Source: a virus
Lineage: Duplodnaviria > Heunggongvirae > Uroviricota > Caudoviricetes
Virus record (IMG/VR): IMGVR_UViG_2531839331_000012
Length of the DNA: 44,457 nucleotides
Reading direction: 5' to 3' (one strand)
The translations under genes and the position numbers were made by a program. Positions 8,640 through 18,552 of this stretch are shown piece after piece. Numbering within the stretch: position 1 is the first letter of the stretch; each line of letters begins with the position of its first letter. The notes below the pieces were generated by a model. That model made no database searches. It was not told where the DNA came from and saw only the letters and a list, made by a program, of their open reading frames with translations.

Positions 8640-9179
8640 ATGCAACCACTTACATACCAACAGACTAGCGGATTTAGCCCGACTGCGGTGATAAATCGTT
8701 CTCAAACAAAACAGGTGCCAGGCCACGAAAAAATCCGTGATGCCGTCCGCGCCTGGTCGGCTGTAGATAATCAGGATGTCGTTGCCACACTCATTGTGAA
8801 TGAGTATCGGGAGCAGGGCGGCGGCACCATCGATTTCCCTGATGATGTCAGCCGTGCACGCCAGAAGCTGTTCCGCTTCCTCGATAACAAATTCGATTCT
8901 GAAAAATACCGAAATAATGTGCGTGAACTGACCCCGGCAATTCTGGCGGTACTACCGCTGGAATATCGCGGTTACCTGGTTGAGCAGGATAGCTTCATGG
9001 CTAGGTTGGCTGAAATGGAAAAGGAACTCAGTGAGGCAAAACAGGCTGTCATTCTCAACGCACCACGCCACCAGAAACTGAAGGAAATTAGTGAAGGTAT
9101 TGTGTCGATGTTTCGTGTGGACCCAGATCTGGCTGGTCCATTGATGGCGATGGTTACTACCATGCTGGGGGCGATATGA
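8640..9179 (+). CDS. Hypothetical protein in cII position (possible CII-analogue regulator)
   Basis: 179-aa ORF with strong SD AAGGAG; not lambda CII; assignment by position only. Confidence 0.4.
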   Translation: MQPLTYQQTSGFSPTAVINRSQTKQVPGHEKIRDAVRAWSAVDNQDVVATLIVNEYREQGGGTIDFPDDVSRARQKLFRFLDNKFDSEKYRNNVRELTPAILAVLPLEYRGYLVEQDSFMARLAEMEKELSEAKQAVILNAPRHQKLKEISEGIVSMFRVDPDLAGPLMAMVTTMLGAI

Positions 9180-9265
9180 CAGGTTCAGAAATGGCGAAAG
9201 CCGGTCTGCTGGAACAGAACCGACTTTCAGGTGCAAATCGTAACACACTCATTGCGGGAGGAATT

Positions 9266-10195
9266 ATGGCAAACACTGCTGAGATATTCAATTTTCCAGT
9301 GCCGGATGCGGCACAAAAGGAGCCGCGCGTGGCAGATCTCGATGATGGTTATACGCGCATTGCAAATGAGTTGCTGGAAGCTGTGATGCTGGCCGGATTA
9401 ACACAGCACCAGCTTCTGGTCTTCCTGGCTGTCATGCGCAAAACATATGGCTTTAATAAAAAACTGGATTGGGTGAGCAACGAGCAACTTTCCGAGTTGA
9501 CCGGGATATTGCCGCACAAGTGTTCTGCTGCAAAAAGTGTTCTGGTAAAGCGTGGGATTTTTATTCAGAGTGGGCGGAATATCGGCATTAATAATGTGGT
9601 CAGTGAATGGTCAACATTACCCGAATCAGGTAAGAAAAATAAAGTTTACCTGAAAGAGGTAAATTTACCTGAATCAGGTAAGAAAAGTTTACCCAAATCA
9701 GGTAAAGGCGTTTACCCGAATCAGGTAAACACAAAAGACAAACTAACAAAAGACAATATAAAACCTTTTTCGTCCGAGAATTCTGGCGAATCCTCTGACC
9801 AGCCAGAAAACGACTTTCCTTTGGAGAAACTGGATGCTGCAATTCAGAGCGGCAGCAAGTGGGGGACAGCAGAAGACCTGACCGCCGCAGAGTGGATGTT
9901 TAACATGGTGAAGACCATCGCGCCCTCAGCCAGAAAACCGAATTTTGCAGGGTGGGCTAACGATATCCGCCTGATGCGTGAACGTGACGGACGTAACCAC
10001 CGCGACATGTGCGTGCTGTTCCGCTGGGCATGCCAGGACAACTTCTGGTCCGGTAACGTGCTGAGTCCGGCCAAACTCCGCGACAAGTGGACCCAACTCG
10101 AAATCAACCGTAACAAGCAACAGGCTGGCGTGACAACCGGAAAATCAAAACTCGACCTGACAAACACTGACTGGATTTACGGGGTGGATTTATGA
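9266..10195 (+). CDS. O: Replication initiator O (ori-binding)
   Basis: 309 aa from ATG 9266 (SD GGGAGGA); N- and C-terminal similarity to lambda O; contains iterons in coding sequence. Confidence 0.9.
   Translation: MANTAEIFNFPVPDAAQKEPRVADLDDGYTRIANELLEAVMLAGLTQHQLLVFLAVMRKTYGFNKKLDWVSNEQLSELTGILPHKCSAAKSVLVKRGIFIQSGRNIGINNVVSEWSTLPESGKKNKVYLKEVNLPESGKKSLPKSGKGVYPNQVNTKDKLTKDNIKPFSSENSGESSDQPENDFPLEKLDAAIQSGSKWGTAEDLTAAEWMFNMVKTIAPSARKPNFAGWANDIRLMRERDGRNHRDMCVLFRWACQDNFWSGNVLSPAKLRDKWTQLEINRNKQQAGVTTGKSKLDLTNTDWIYGVDL
9617..9765 (+). repeat. Replication origin: five ~18-19-bp iterons (TTTACCYGAAWCAGGTAAR) followed by an A-rich tract
   Basis: Iterons at about 9617-9634, 9645-9663, 9664-9682, 9688-9706, 9711-9729, then CACAAAAGACAAACTAACAAAAGACAATATAAAACC. 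Confidence 0.85.
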
Positions 10196-10893
10196 AAAAC
10201 ATCGCCGCACAGATGGTTAACTTTGACCGTGAGCAGATGCGCCGGATCGCCAACAACATGCCGGAACAGTACGACGAAAAGCCGCAGGTACAGCAGGTAG
10301 CGCAGATCATCAACGGTGTGTTCAGCCAGTTACTGGCAACTTTCCCGGCGAGCCTGGCTAACCGTGACCAGAATGAACTGAACGAAATCCGCCGCCAGTG
10401 GGTTCTGGCTTTCTGGGAAAACGGGATCACCACAATGGAACAGGTTAACGCTGGAATGCGCGTAGCCCGTCGGCAGAATCGACCATTCCTGCCATCACCC
10501 GGGCAGTTTGTCGCCTGGTGCCGGGAAGAAGCATCCGTTACCGCCGGGCTGCCAAACGCCAGCGAGCTGGTTGATATGGTTTACGAGTATTGCCGGAAGC
10601 GCGGGCTGTATCCGGATGCAGAGTCTTATCCGTGGAAATCAAACGCGCACTACTGGCTGGTTACCAACCTGTATCAGAACATGCGGGCCAATGCGTTGAC
10701 TGACGCGGAATTACGGCGCAAGGCTGCCGATGAACTGTCCTGTATGACCGCACGAATTAACCGTGGTGAGGCTATACCTGAACCAGTAAAACAACTTCCT
10801 GTCATGGGCGGTAGACCTCTAAATCGTGCACAGGCTCTGGCGAAGATCGCAGAAATCAAAGCTAAGTTTGGGCTGAAAGGAGCAAGGGTATGA
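10192..10893 (+). CDS. P: Replication protein P (DnaB helicase loader)
   Basis: 233-aa ORF near-identical to recalled lambda P; ATGA overlap with O. Confidence 0.97.
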   Translation: MKNIAAQMVNFDREQMRRIANNMPEQYDEKPQVQQVAQIINGVFSQLLATFPASLANRDQNELNEIRRQWVLAFWENGITTMEQVNAGMRVARRQNRPFLPSPGQFVAWCREEASVTAGLPNASELVDMVYEYCRKRGLYPDAESYPWKSNAHYWLVTNLYQNMRANALTDAELRRKAADELSCMTARINRGEAIPEPVKQLPVMGGRPLNRAQALAKIAEIKAKFGLKGARV

Positions 10894-11192
10894 CGGGCAA
10901 AGAGGCAATTATTCATTACCTGGGGACTCATAAGAAATTCTGTGCGCAGGACGTTGCCGCGGTAACAGGCGCAACGGTAACCAGCATAAATCAGGCTGCG
11001 GCTAAAATGGCGCGGGCAGGAATCCTGGTCGTTGATGGTAAGGTCTGGCGAACGGTGTATTATCGGTTCGCTACCAGAGAAGAATGGGAAGGAAAGGTGA
11101 GCACGAATTTGATTTTTAAGGAGTGTCGCCAGAGTGCCGCGATGAAACGGGTATTGAGGGTATATAAAAGAACATCAATGGGTACACAATGA
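10890..11192 (+). CDS. ren: Ren (Rex exclusion protein)
   Basis: 100-aa ORF matching lambda Ren over most of its length. Confidence 0.9.
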   Translation: MTGKEAIIHYLGTHKKFCAQDVAAVTGATVTSINQAAAKMARAGILVVDGKVWRTVYYRFATREEWEGKVSTNLIFKECRQSAAMKRVLRVYKRTSMGTQ

Positions 11193-11259
11193 TGAAACAG
11201 GTGAGTTGAGTTCAAACTGTAGTACAATTCTCTCCAGTTTGAACAGGAAAGAATATGCT

Positions 11260-11592
11260 ATGAATCCTTATATTTATCTTGGTGGTGCAATACTTGCAGA
11301 GGTCATTGGTACAACCTTAATGAAGTTTTCAGAAGGTTTTACACGGTTATGGCCATCTGTTGGTACAATTATTTGTTATTGTGCATCATTCTGGTTATTA
11401 GCTCAGACGCTGGCTTATATTCCTACAGGGATTGCTTATGCTATCTGGTCAGGAGTCGGTATTGTCCTGATTAGCTTACTATCATGGGGATTTTTCGGCC
11501 AACGGTTGGACCTGCCAGCCATTATAGGCATGATGTTGATTTGTGCCGGTGTGTTGGTTATTAATTTATTGTCACGAAGCACACCACATTAA
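11260..11592 (+). CDS. emrE: Small multidrug resistance (SMR) efflux transporter EmrE
   Basis: 110 aa from ATG 11260; four-TM SMR with conserved Glu14 motif (GGAILAEVIGTTLMK); matches recalled E. coli EmrE. Confidence 0.9.
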   Translation: MNPYIYLGGAILAEVIGTTLMKFSEGFTRLWPSVGTIICYCASFWLLAQTLAYIPTGIAYAIWSGVGIVLISLLSWGFFGQRLDLPAIIGMMLICAGVLVINLLSRSTPH

Positions 11593-11847
11593 AAATAATT
11601 TGTTTTTAAACGACTAAAATATGGAGGCTCGTATATTTATATGGGCCTCGTTTTATGCTTTTTGTTAATGTCTTTAGTTTTTATTCATTCTTTTGTGCTT
11701 TCAAGATTATGGTGTAAGAAAATTGCAATACGATTATTGTTGTATATTCAAGATAATGTGACCTTAATTGTCTTTTTAAATAAAAATTAAACAAAAATCA
11801 TATCTCACCACTAAGGTTTATAAAAGCATACTTTAGCAGGTGTCACC

Positions 11848-13374
11848 ATGAAAAAAGCCATAGCATATATGCGATTTTCATCACCAGGTCAGATGTCTGG
11901 TGATTCATTAAACCGCCAGAGAAGGCTTATTACTGAATGGCTAAAGGTAAATAGTGATTATTACCTTGATACCGTAACGTATGAAGATTTGGGGTTAAGC
12001 GCATTCAATGGAAAGCATGCACAATCAGGAGCTTTTTCGGAATTTTTAGATGCTATAGAACATGGTTATATATTGCCAGGGACTACATTGTTAGTTGAAA
12101 GTCTGGACAGACTTTCAAGAGAAAAAGTCGGTGAAGCGATTGAGCGTCTGAAATTGATTTTGAATCACGGTATTGATGTTATAACTCTTTGCGATAATAC
12201 AGTCTATAATATTGACTCATTGAATGAGCCATATTCATTAATAAAAGCCATACTTATAGCACAAAGGGCAAATGAAGAAAGCGAGATAAAGTCAAGTCGG
12301 GTTAAATTATCATGGAAGAAAAAACGGCAGGATGCACTGGAGTCAGGCACGATTATGACGGCGTCTTGTCCGAGATGGCTCTCATTGGATGACAAAAGAA
12401 CGGCTTTTGTTCCAGACCCCGACAGGGTGAAAACTATTGAGCTAATTTTTAAACTCAGGATGGAAAGGCGCTCATTGAATGCAATAGCCAAGTATTTAAA
12501 TGATCATGCTGTAAAGAATTTCTCAGGAAAAGAAAGTGCATGGGGACCTTCTGTAATTGAAAAATTATTAGCGAATAAAGCTCTGATAGGTATATGCGTA
12601 CCTTCATATCGTGCAAGAGGTAAAGGAATAAGTGAAATCGCTGGCTATTATCCCAGAGTCATATCAGATGATTTGTTTTACGCTGTGCAGGAAATTCGGT
12701 TGGCACCTTTTGGTATTAGCAATAGTAGCAAAAATCCTATGTTGATAAATCTACTTCGAACAGTTATGAAGTGCGAGGCTTGTGGTAATACCATGATTGT
12801 TCATGCGGTATCTGGAAGTTTGCATGGCTATTATGTTTGTCCGATGAGAAGACTGCATCGATGTGACAGGCCATCAATAAAGAGAGATTTGGTTGATTAT
12901 AATATCATTAATGAGTTGCTTTTTAATTGTAGTAAAATCCAACCAGTTGAAAACAAGAAAGATGCTAATGAAACTTTAGAGTTGAAAATTATTGAGCTCC
13001 AGATGAAAATTAATAATTTAATTGCTGCATTATCTGTTGCGCCTGAAGTTACCGCTATAGCAGAAAAAATCAGAGTATTAGATAAGGAATTACGAAGGGC
13101 TTCTGTATCATTAAAAACTTTGAAGAGTAAAGCGGTGAGTTCACTTGGTGATTTTCATGCTATTGACTTAACCAGTAAAAATGGGCGAGAGCTATGTCGT
13201 ACACTTGCCTATAAAACATTCGAAAAAATCATAATCAATACAGATAATAAAACCTGTGATATCTATTTTATGAATGGCATTGTTTTTAAACACTATCCTT
13301 TAATGAAAACAATATCTGCCCAGCAGGCGATAAGTACTCTCAAATATATGGTTGATGGTGAGGTTTATTTTTGA
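11848..13374 (+). CDS. ybcK: Large serine recombinase (DLP12 YbcK-like)
   Basis: 508-aa ORF; N-terminal resolvase-type catalytic domain (YMRFSSPGQ... serine), Cys-rich zinc-ribbon region; AT-rich. Confidence 0.85.
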   Translation: MKKAIAYMRFSSPGQMSGDSLNRQRRLITEWLKVNSDYYLDTVTYEDLGLSAFNGKHAQSGAFSEFLDAIEHGYILPGTTLLVESLDRLSREKVGEAIERLKLILNHGIDVITLCDNTVYNIDSLNEPYSLIKAILIAQRANEESEIKSSRVKLSWKKKRQDALESGTIMTASCPRWLSLDDKRTAFVPDPDRVKTIELIFKLRMERRSLNAIAKYLNDHAVKNFSGKESAWGPSVIEKLLANKALIGICVPSYRARGKGISEIAGYYPRVISDDLFYAVQEIRLAPFGISNSSKNPMLINLLRTVMKCEACGNTMIVHAVSGSLHGYYVCPMRRLHRCDRPSIKRDLVDYNIINELLFNCSKIQPVENKKDANETLELKIIELQMKINNLIAALSVAPEVTAIAEKIRVLDKELRRASVSLKTLKSKAVSSLGDFHAIDLTSKNGRELCRTLAYKTFEKIIINTDNKTCDIYFMNGIVFKHYPLMKTISAQQAISTLKYMVDGEVYF

Positions 13375-13485
13375 GTAATAATCACTTTTTCAACCGTGCT
13401 ATAGTAAGAAAGTTAGGTAAGTACAATAAAATTATCTATCCTGAACGAAGCGTCCTGAGCTATGGTTTTACTATAGGGACTGCCA

Positions 13486-13809
13486 ATGGATGCTGGCGTT
13501 CTCGTTCTAGCAGTTCAACAATCCCCAATCACAAAACAATTCACTGATAACGAACTTTGCACACTCGCCTGGTTATGGCGAGCAGGGAATGTGATGTTAA
13601 TTACCTACCAGAACGTTACTCCTCTTCTTCAGGTTGCGGAGCATCGTGAAGCTGGTCGCTTCACTTCTATCGAGCAAGAATATCCCCAGATACTCAACAG
13701 AGCGCGAGCAATCCTCGTCCGAGAAACGGCACATGTAAAACTTCAGCCGTGGCAGGATGATAAGTGGAGTCGAGTATTGCCGCATTTACCTCAGAATCTG
13801 TTTCAATAA
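13486..13809 (+). CDS. Hypothetical protein (uncertain whether genuinely coding)
   Basis: 107-aa ORF with weak RBS; no recognisable motifs. Confidence 0.3.
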   Translation: MDAGVLVLAVQQSPITKQFTDNELCTLAWLWRAGNVMLITYQNVTPLLQVAEHREAGRFTSIEQEYPQILNRARAILVRETAHVKLQPWQDDKWSRVLPHLPQNLFQ

Positions 13810-13983
13810 AGGCGCTAGTTAGTAAGGCTTCCGTCATTCTGCGATGACGGAAGTGCGGGCTGCGTACGGGAGAGCAATTGCATGAATAATATAAATATTC
13901 CGCTCACTCCATATAGCGATTTCTGATACAAACTTATCTATTGTGGTAAAATTATAGAAACAAACTTATAGCGTACTAACCAT

Positions 13984-14766
13984 ATGGACAATATTAATAA
14001 ACACGGGCTCTCAAGAAGAATACCTGAGACAATAAAACGTCAGATAAGGCAAAGGTGCGGCTTTGGCTGTGTAATTTGTGGATTTGGATTTTATGATTAT
14101 GAGCATTTTAAACCTGACTTCGTTGATGCCAAAGTACATGATCCGAATGGAATGACACTTCTTTGCTCCCAATGCAATCAAAAAAGAGCTCGTGGTAGAC
14201 TTTCAGCACAGACAGTGGAAATAGCTGACAGAAATCCCAAGTGCTTACAGGCTGGTTTTGCAAATGAAATGTTTGATTTTCATAATGAGCCTATAACAGT
14301 AAAATTTGCAGGAGTGACGTTTCATAACTGTCAAAATTTGATTGTAGTCAACGAACAACCCATTCTTTCTGTGAAACCTTCACCCATACCACATGGACCG
14401 ATGCTTTTATCAGGAATTTTCTGTAATTCTATTGGTAAGGAGACTTTACTGATAGATGAAAATGAATGGAAAGCTAAATCAGACAATTGGGATGTGGAGT
14501 GTACCGGCCCGCGTATAACAATACGACGTGGGCCAGGAGAGTTTGCCCTCGTTCTAAAAATGGAACCTCCAACAGGATTGATTGTTGAGCGTCTTGATAT
14601 GTTGTATGAAGGGGTCAGGATGAAAGGAGATAAAGATCTGCTGGAAGTTTCGATTAATGGAGGTCCCTTGCACAGATGGCAATCATGCTCAATGTCAAAT
14701 TGCCATACAGGGCTTGCGATTCAGGGCGGTATTAGAGCTGCTAATGATCCTTTGTATTGCGCCTAA
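13984..14766 (+). CDS. HNH-endonuclease-domain protein (N-terminal HNH/His-Me finger with Cys4 zinc site, about 170-aa C-terminal domain of unknown function)
   Basis: 260-aa ORF; motif CGFGCVICG...YEHFKP...NGMTLLCSQCN matches CxxC...(D/E)H...N...CxxC HNH architecture; AT-rich; own terminator downstream. Confidence 0.7.
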   Translation: MDNINKHGLSRRIPETIKRQIRQRCGFGCVICGFGFYDYEHFKPDFVDAKVHDPNGMTLLCSQCNQKRARGRLSAQTVEIADRNPKCLQAGFANEMFDFHNEPITVKFAGVTFHNCQNLIVVNEQPILSVKPSPIPHGPMLLSGIFCNSIGKETLLIDENEWKAKSDNWDVECTGPRITIRRGPGEFALVLKMEPPTGLIVERLDMLYEGVRMKGDKDLLEVSINGGPLHRWQSCSMSNCHTGLAIQGGIRAANDPLYCA

Positions 14767-14808
14767 ATCCACTAAATTGATTTTCAACAATCAACTTGCC
14801 ATAATTAA

Positions 14809-14837
14809 GTCACCGGAGTTTGAACTCCTCCGGTGAC
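14809..14837 (+). terminator. Hairpin terminator after HNH gene (10-bp stem GTCACCGGAG/CTCCGGTGAC)
   Basis: Perfect inverted repeat read directly; weak T tract (CTTCTGCGC). Confidence 0.45.
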
Positions 14838-14958
14838 TTCTGCGCTAAACGGGGACGTTTATGCGCACATACAATCCAACCTCTCTTCTCCATTCACAGA
14901 TGCAGAAATGCACCTGCGATATTTTGCATCCAGCGTTTGATCTCTGCGGAGGTGAAGC

Positions 14959-15414
14959 GTGAACCTCCCACAAGATGGTATCAAATTGCATCGCGGTAAC
15001 TTCACCGCTATCGGTCGGCAGATCCAGCCTTATCTGGAGGACGGCAAATGCTTTCGCATGGTGCTTAAACCGTGGCGCGAGAGACGCAGTCTTTCCCAGA
15101 ATGCACTCAGCCACATGTGGTACAGCGAAATCAGTGAATACCTCATCAGCAAGGGTAAAACGTTCGCCACTCCAGCTTGGGTAAAAGATGCTCTCAAACA
15201 CACATATCTCGGTTATGAAACCAAAGACCTGGTTGATGTCGTAACCGGTGATATCACCACTATCCAGTCGTTACGCCATACCTCCGATCTTGATACCGGA
15301 GAGATGTATGTCTTCCTGTGTAAGGTTGAAGCCTGGGCGATGAATATTGGCTGCCACCTGACTATTCCGCAGAGCTGCGAGTTCCAGCAGCTCCGCGACA
15401 AACAGGAGGCGTAA
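14959..15414 (+). CDS. ybcN: YbcN (DLP12-type nin-region protein; reported DNA base-flipping protein)
   Basis: 151-aa ORF with GTG start; matches recalled E. coli YbcN. Confidence 0.85.
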   Translation: MNLPQDGIKLHRGNFTAIGRQIQPYLEDGKCFRMVLKPWRERRSLSQNALSHMWYSEISEYLISKGKTFATPAWVKDALKHTYLGYETKDLVDVVTGDITTIQSLRHTSDLDTGEMYVFLCKVEAWAMNIGCHLTIPQSCEFQQLRDKQEA

Positions 15415-15584
15415 TGGCTACACCGCTTATTCGTGTCATGAACGGACACATCTACAGAGTACCAAATCGTCGTAAGCGTAAACCGGAGCTGAAGCCTTCC
15501 GAAATACCAACACTGCTCGGATATACCGCCAGCCTGGTTGATAAAAAATGGTTGCGACTGGCAGCAAGGAGGAATCATGGCTGA
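15414..15584 (+). CDS. ninE: NinE
   Basis: 56-aa ORF ([28 protein letters not shown]...) hand-translated; TAATG overlap with ybcN. Confidence 0.8.
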   Translation: MATPLIRVMNGHIYRVPNRRKRKPELKPSEIPTLLGYTASLVDKKWLRLAARRNHG

Positions 15585-15867
15585 TTTGAGAAAAGCAGCG
15601 CGTAGTCGGGAATGCCAGGTAAGAATCCCTGGCGTATGTAATGGCAACCCTGAAACGTCTGTACTGGCACATATCCGGCTGACTGGATTGTGCGGCACCG
15701 GTACCAAACCGCCAGACCTGATTGCCACCATTGCATGTTCTGCCTGCCACGACGAAATCGACCGCCGCACACATTTTGTCGATGCTGCATATGCAAAAGA
15801 ATGCGCGCTGGAAGGTATGGCGAGAACACAGGTTATCTGGCTGAAAGAGGGGGTTATTAAGGCGTGA
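15577..15867 (+). CDS. ybcO: YbcO (DLP12-type nin-region putative nuclease)
   Basis: 96 aa from ATG 15577 ([13 protein letters not shown]...); Cys-rich; overlaps ninE end. Confidence 0.8.
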   Translation: MADLRKAARSRECQVRIPGVCNGNPETSVLAHIRLTGLCGTGTKPPDLIATIACSACHDEIDRRTHFVDAAYAKECALEGMARTQVIWLKEGVIKA

Positions 15868-16226
15868 ATACCTACAGCATCACATTACCCTGGCCTCCGA
15901 GCAATAATCGCTATTACCGCCATAATCGCGGGCGCACGCACGTCAGCGCAGAGGGGCAGGCATACCGCGATAACGTCGCCCGAATCATTAAAAACGCAAT
16001 GCTGGATATCGGCCTGGCTATGCCTGTGAAAATCCGCATTGAGTGCCACATGCCGGATCGCCGTCGCCGTGACCTGGATAATCTGCAAAAAGCCGCTTTT
16101 GACGCACTCACTAAAGCAGGTTTCTGGCTGGATGATGCTCAGGTCGTTGATTACCGCGTTGTGAAGATGCCGGTTGTCAAAGGTGGAAAGCTGGAACTGA
16201 CCATCACTGAACTGGGAGATGAATGA
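15864..16226 (+). CDS. rusA: Holliday-junction resolvase RusA
   Basis: 120-aa ORF matching recalled RusA. Confidence 0.95.
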   Translation: MNTYSITLPWPPSNNRYYRHNRGRTHVSAEGQAYRDNVARIIKNAMLDIGLAMPVKIRIECHMPDRRRRDLDNLQKAAFDALTKAGFWLDDAQVVDYRVVKMPVVKGGKLELTITELGDE

Positions 16227-16363
16227 TGTTTGAGTTTTATATGGCAGAACTTCTTCGCCACCGCTGGATGCGCCTGCGCTTATATCGTTTCCCCGGTTCT
16301 GTTTTGACCGATTACCGAATACTGAAGAATTACGCCAAAACACTGACAGGAGCAGGAGTATGA
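16223..16363 (+). CDS. ylcG: YlcG small protein
   Basis: 46-aa ORF ([25 protein letters not shown]...) hand-translated; overlaps rusA stop. Confidence 0.7.
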   Translation: MMFEFYMAELLRHRWMRLRLYRFPGSVLTDYRILKNYAKTLTGAGV

Positions 16364-16448
16364 AGTCAGAGATAACAATCAACTAATACTGTTTTGTTGA
16401 TTTTTGCTTGTAATTGGCGTTCTGGTCTGATTTTTGTGGAGTAAGTTG

Positions 16449-16832
16449 ATGCGTGATATTCAGATGGTTCTTGAGCGTTGGGGAGCGTGGGCGGCTAATA
16501 ATCATGAAGATGTGACCTGGTCGTCCATTGCCGCCGGTTTTAAGGGATTAATTACTTCAAAAGTAAAATCTCGCCCGCAATGTTGTGACGATGACGCGAT
16601 GATTATTTGCGGGTGCATGGCCCGTCTGAAAAAGAACAACAGCGATTTGCACGATTTATTAGTAGATTATTATGTAGTCGGTATGACATTCATGTCACTG
16701 GCAGGTAAGCATTGCTGCTCTGATGGTTATATCGGGAAAAGGTTACAGAAGGCTGAGGGCATAATTGAAGGGATGTTAATGGCATTAGATATCCGGTTAG
16801 AGATGGATATCGTTGTTAATAACTCTAATTAA
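16449..16832 (+). CDS. quuD: Late-gene antiterminator Q (QuuD-type)
   Basis: 127 aa from ATG 16449; Cys-rich zinc-binding region; matches recalled QuuD. Confidence 0.9.
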   Translation: MRDIQMVLERWGAWAANNHEDVTWSSIAAGFKGLITSKVKSRPQCCDDDAMIICGCMARLKKNNSDLHDLLVDYYVVGMTFMSLAGKHCCSDGYIGKRLQKAEGIIEGMLMALDIRLEMDIVVNNSN

Positions 16833-17020
16833 TATGCCAATTGTTTACTAAAAATTATTAAAAATGGGGCGTTGAGACGCCCCCAAAAATAAAGGGTAAT
16901 ATATAACAGAAGGTTTATATAGTTAGAAGCAAGGTTGTGCTCCTAAAGGAAGTGGCTTGAGGGAGCCACTTATATGTTGGGGAGGCAAAGCCTCCCGCAA
17001 CATATCTTTTAGTAATCAAA

Positions 17021-18103
17021 TTAGAACTGGTAAACCATACCTACAGCAACGATATCATCGGTAGCAACGCCAGATGCTTTCGTGAAATCGCTCTTATCAA
17101 TCAGGTTGATTTTGTAATCAACAAAAGTGGACATATTTTTGTTGAAGTAATAGGTTGCACCTACATCAATATATTCAACCAGGTCCTGATCACCCCACGC
17201 ACCCAAGTCTTTTCCTTTAGATTGCAGGTAAGCAACGGACGGACGCAGACCGAAGTCGAACTGATATTGTGCAACTACTTCGAAGTTTTGTGCTTTGTTG
17301 GCAATATGGTTATTACCAAAAACAGTCATGTTCTGGGTTTCAGAATAGGTGGTAGCCAGATAGATGTTGTTCGCATCATATTTCAGACCAGCTGCCCATA
17401 CTTCAGCATTTTGACCAGATGCATTCAGGCTGTTGTTACCGTAGATAACCTGATTATTAGTGCGGTCAGATTTAGCATAGGTTGCACCTACACCGAATCC
17501 TTCATACTCATAAGTAGTGGAGAAACCGAAACCATCACCATTAGCTTCAGTTACGTCAGTGCGGTCATTTTTACCCTGATACTGAGCAGCAAAGTTCAGA
17601 CCATCAACCAGACCAAAGAAGTCATTGTTACGATAAGTTGCAACACCTGTGGTGCGACCAGTCATGAATACATCTGTTTGGGTCCAGGTATCGCCACCGA
17701 ATTCTGGCAGAACGTCGGTCCATGCACCAATATCGTATGCTACACCGTAGTTACGGCCATAATCGATGGAGCCGTAGTCACCGAATTTCAGGCCAGCGAA
17801 GGCAAGACGGGTTTTATCTTTGGAGGAACCTTGAGATTCAGCGCGGTTGCCTTTGAATTCATATTCCCACTGACCGAAACCAGTCAGTTGATCGTTGATT
17901 TGGGTTTCACCTTTGAAGCCAAGACGGGCATAAGTAGTATCACCATCATCTGCATCATTAGAGGAGAAGTAGTGCTTAGCATTAACTTTCCCGTACAGAT
18001 CCAGCTTGTTACTGTCTTTATTATAAATTTCAGCTGCCTGAGCAGACATCGCCATCAGTACTGATGCAGCTACAGCAGAAATTGCCACTGTTAATTTTTT
18101 CAT
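17021..18103 (-). CDS. nmpC: Outer-membrane porin NmpC (OmpC/OmpF family), prophage moron
   Basis: 360 aa from ATG 18103 with signal peptide [24 protein letters not shown]-terminal Phe; intact here. Confidence 0.9.
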   Translation of the reverse strand: MKKLTVAISAVAASVLMAMSAQAAEIYNKDSNKLDLYGKVNAKHYFSSNDADDGDTTYARLGFKGETQINDQLTGFGQWEYEFKGNRAESQGSSKDKTRLAFAGLKFGDYGSIDYGRNYGVAYDIGAWTDVLPEFGGDTWTQTDVFMTGRTTGVATYRNNDFFGLVDGLNFAAQYQGKNDRTDVTEANGDGFGFSTTYEYEGFGVGATYAKSDRTNNQVIYGNNSLNASGQNAEVWAAGLKYDANNIYLATTYSETQNMTVFGNNHIANKAQNFEVVAQYQFDFGLRPSVAYLQSKGKDLGAWGDQDLVEYIDVGATYYFNKNMSTFVDYKINLIDKSDFTKASGVATDDIVAVGMVYQF

Positions 18104-18334
18104 CGTGAGCCCTTTTTTTGAACTATTATTAAAAAATGATGTCACTGCGCGATAAATATTCATCTAATCAATGTGATTATTTCAAGATGTAAGTTTTGGT
18201 TTCTCATTTGATTTGTGAAGTAGATCTCTATTTTTATCTGAACTTTTTCTATCGAATCCTATTCATGGCTCTTGGCTGAATAAAAATAAATCTATTAGCC
18301 AATTTATATTAATGGCTGTTATTTATAAGTGCTC

Positions 18335-18340
18335 TATAAT
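18335..18340 (+). promoter_or_regulatory. Candidate -10 hexamer (TATAAT) of late promoter pR' about 200 nt upstream of tR'
   Basis: Perfect TATAAT at the expected distance from the terminator; no good -35. Confidence 0.3.
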
Positions 18341-18519
18341 TTGAAGGTTCAATTTAAACCAGCTAAAAATAACGCTGGAAATTATTTGTTGGTTATTTGT
18401 TGAGATTTGCTTATGTATTTGTAGTGGTGTTTTCAATACTCGGTAGCATTCTCGCAAATATCATTTAGTGGTTTACGTACGTAAAAAATTGGTTATGCTT
18501 TTAAGAGTGGTTACTTCGT

Positions 18520-18552
18520 CACACAGCTTAAACCCGCCGTCGAGCGGGTTTT
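18520..18552 (+). terminator. Rho-independent terminator (tR'-like) upstream of lysis genes
   Basis: AAACCCGC-CGTCGA-GCGGGTTT hairpin followed by TTTCCATTTTTT. Confidence 0.75.

Noticed and set aside
8340-9179. Reading cro plus the 179-aa gene as a YdaS/YdaT-type toxin-antitoxin pair
   Set aside because: Position between OR and the replication genes, and divergence from a LexA-like repressor, fit Cro/CII-type regulators better; kept only as a low-confidence alternative in the findings.
9617-9765. Possible CRISPR-like repeat array
   Set aside because: Repeats are the replication-origin iterons inside the O gene (18-19 bp with internal dyad symmetry, no unique spacers); no cas genes anywhere in the window.
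15213-16382. Minus-strand ORFs of 185, 112 and 165 aa opposite ybcN-ninE-ybcO-rusA
   Set aside because: Antisense to well-supported, tightly overlapping nin genes; no RBS or family resemblance; typical of GC-rich antisense frames.
17222-18064. 280-aa + strand ORF
   Set aside because: Antisense to the nmpC porin gene, which has signal peptide and porin features; the + frame has none.
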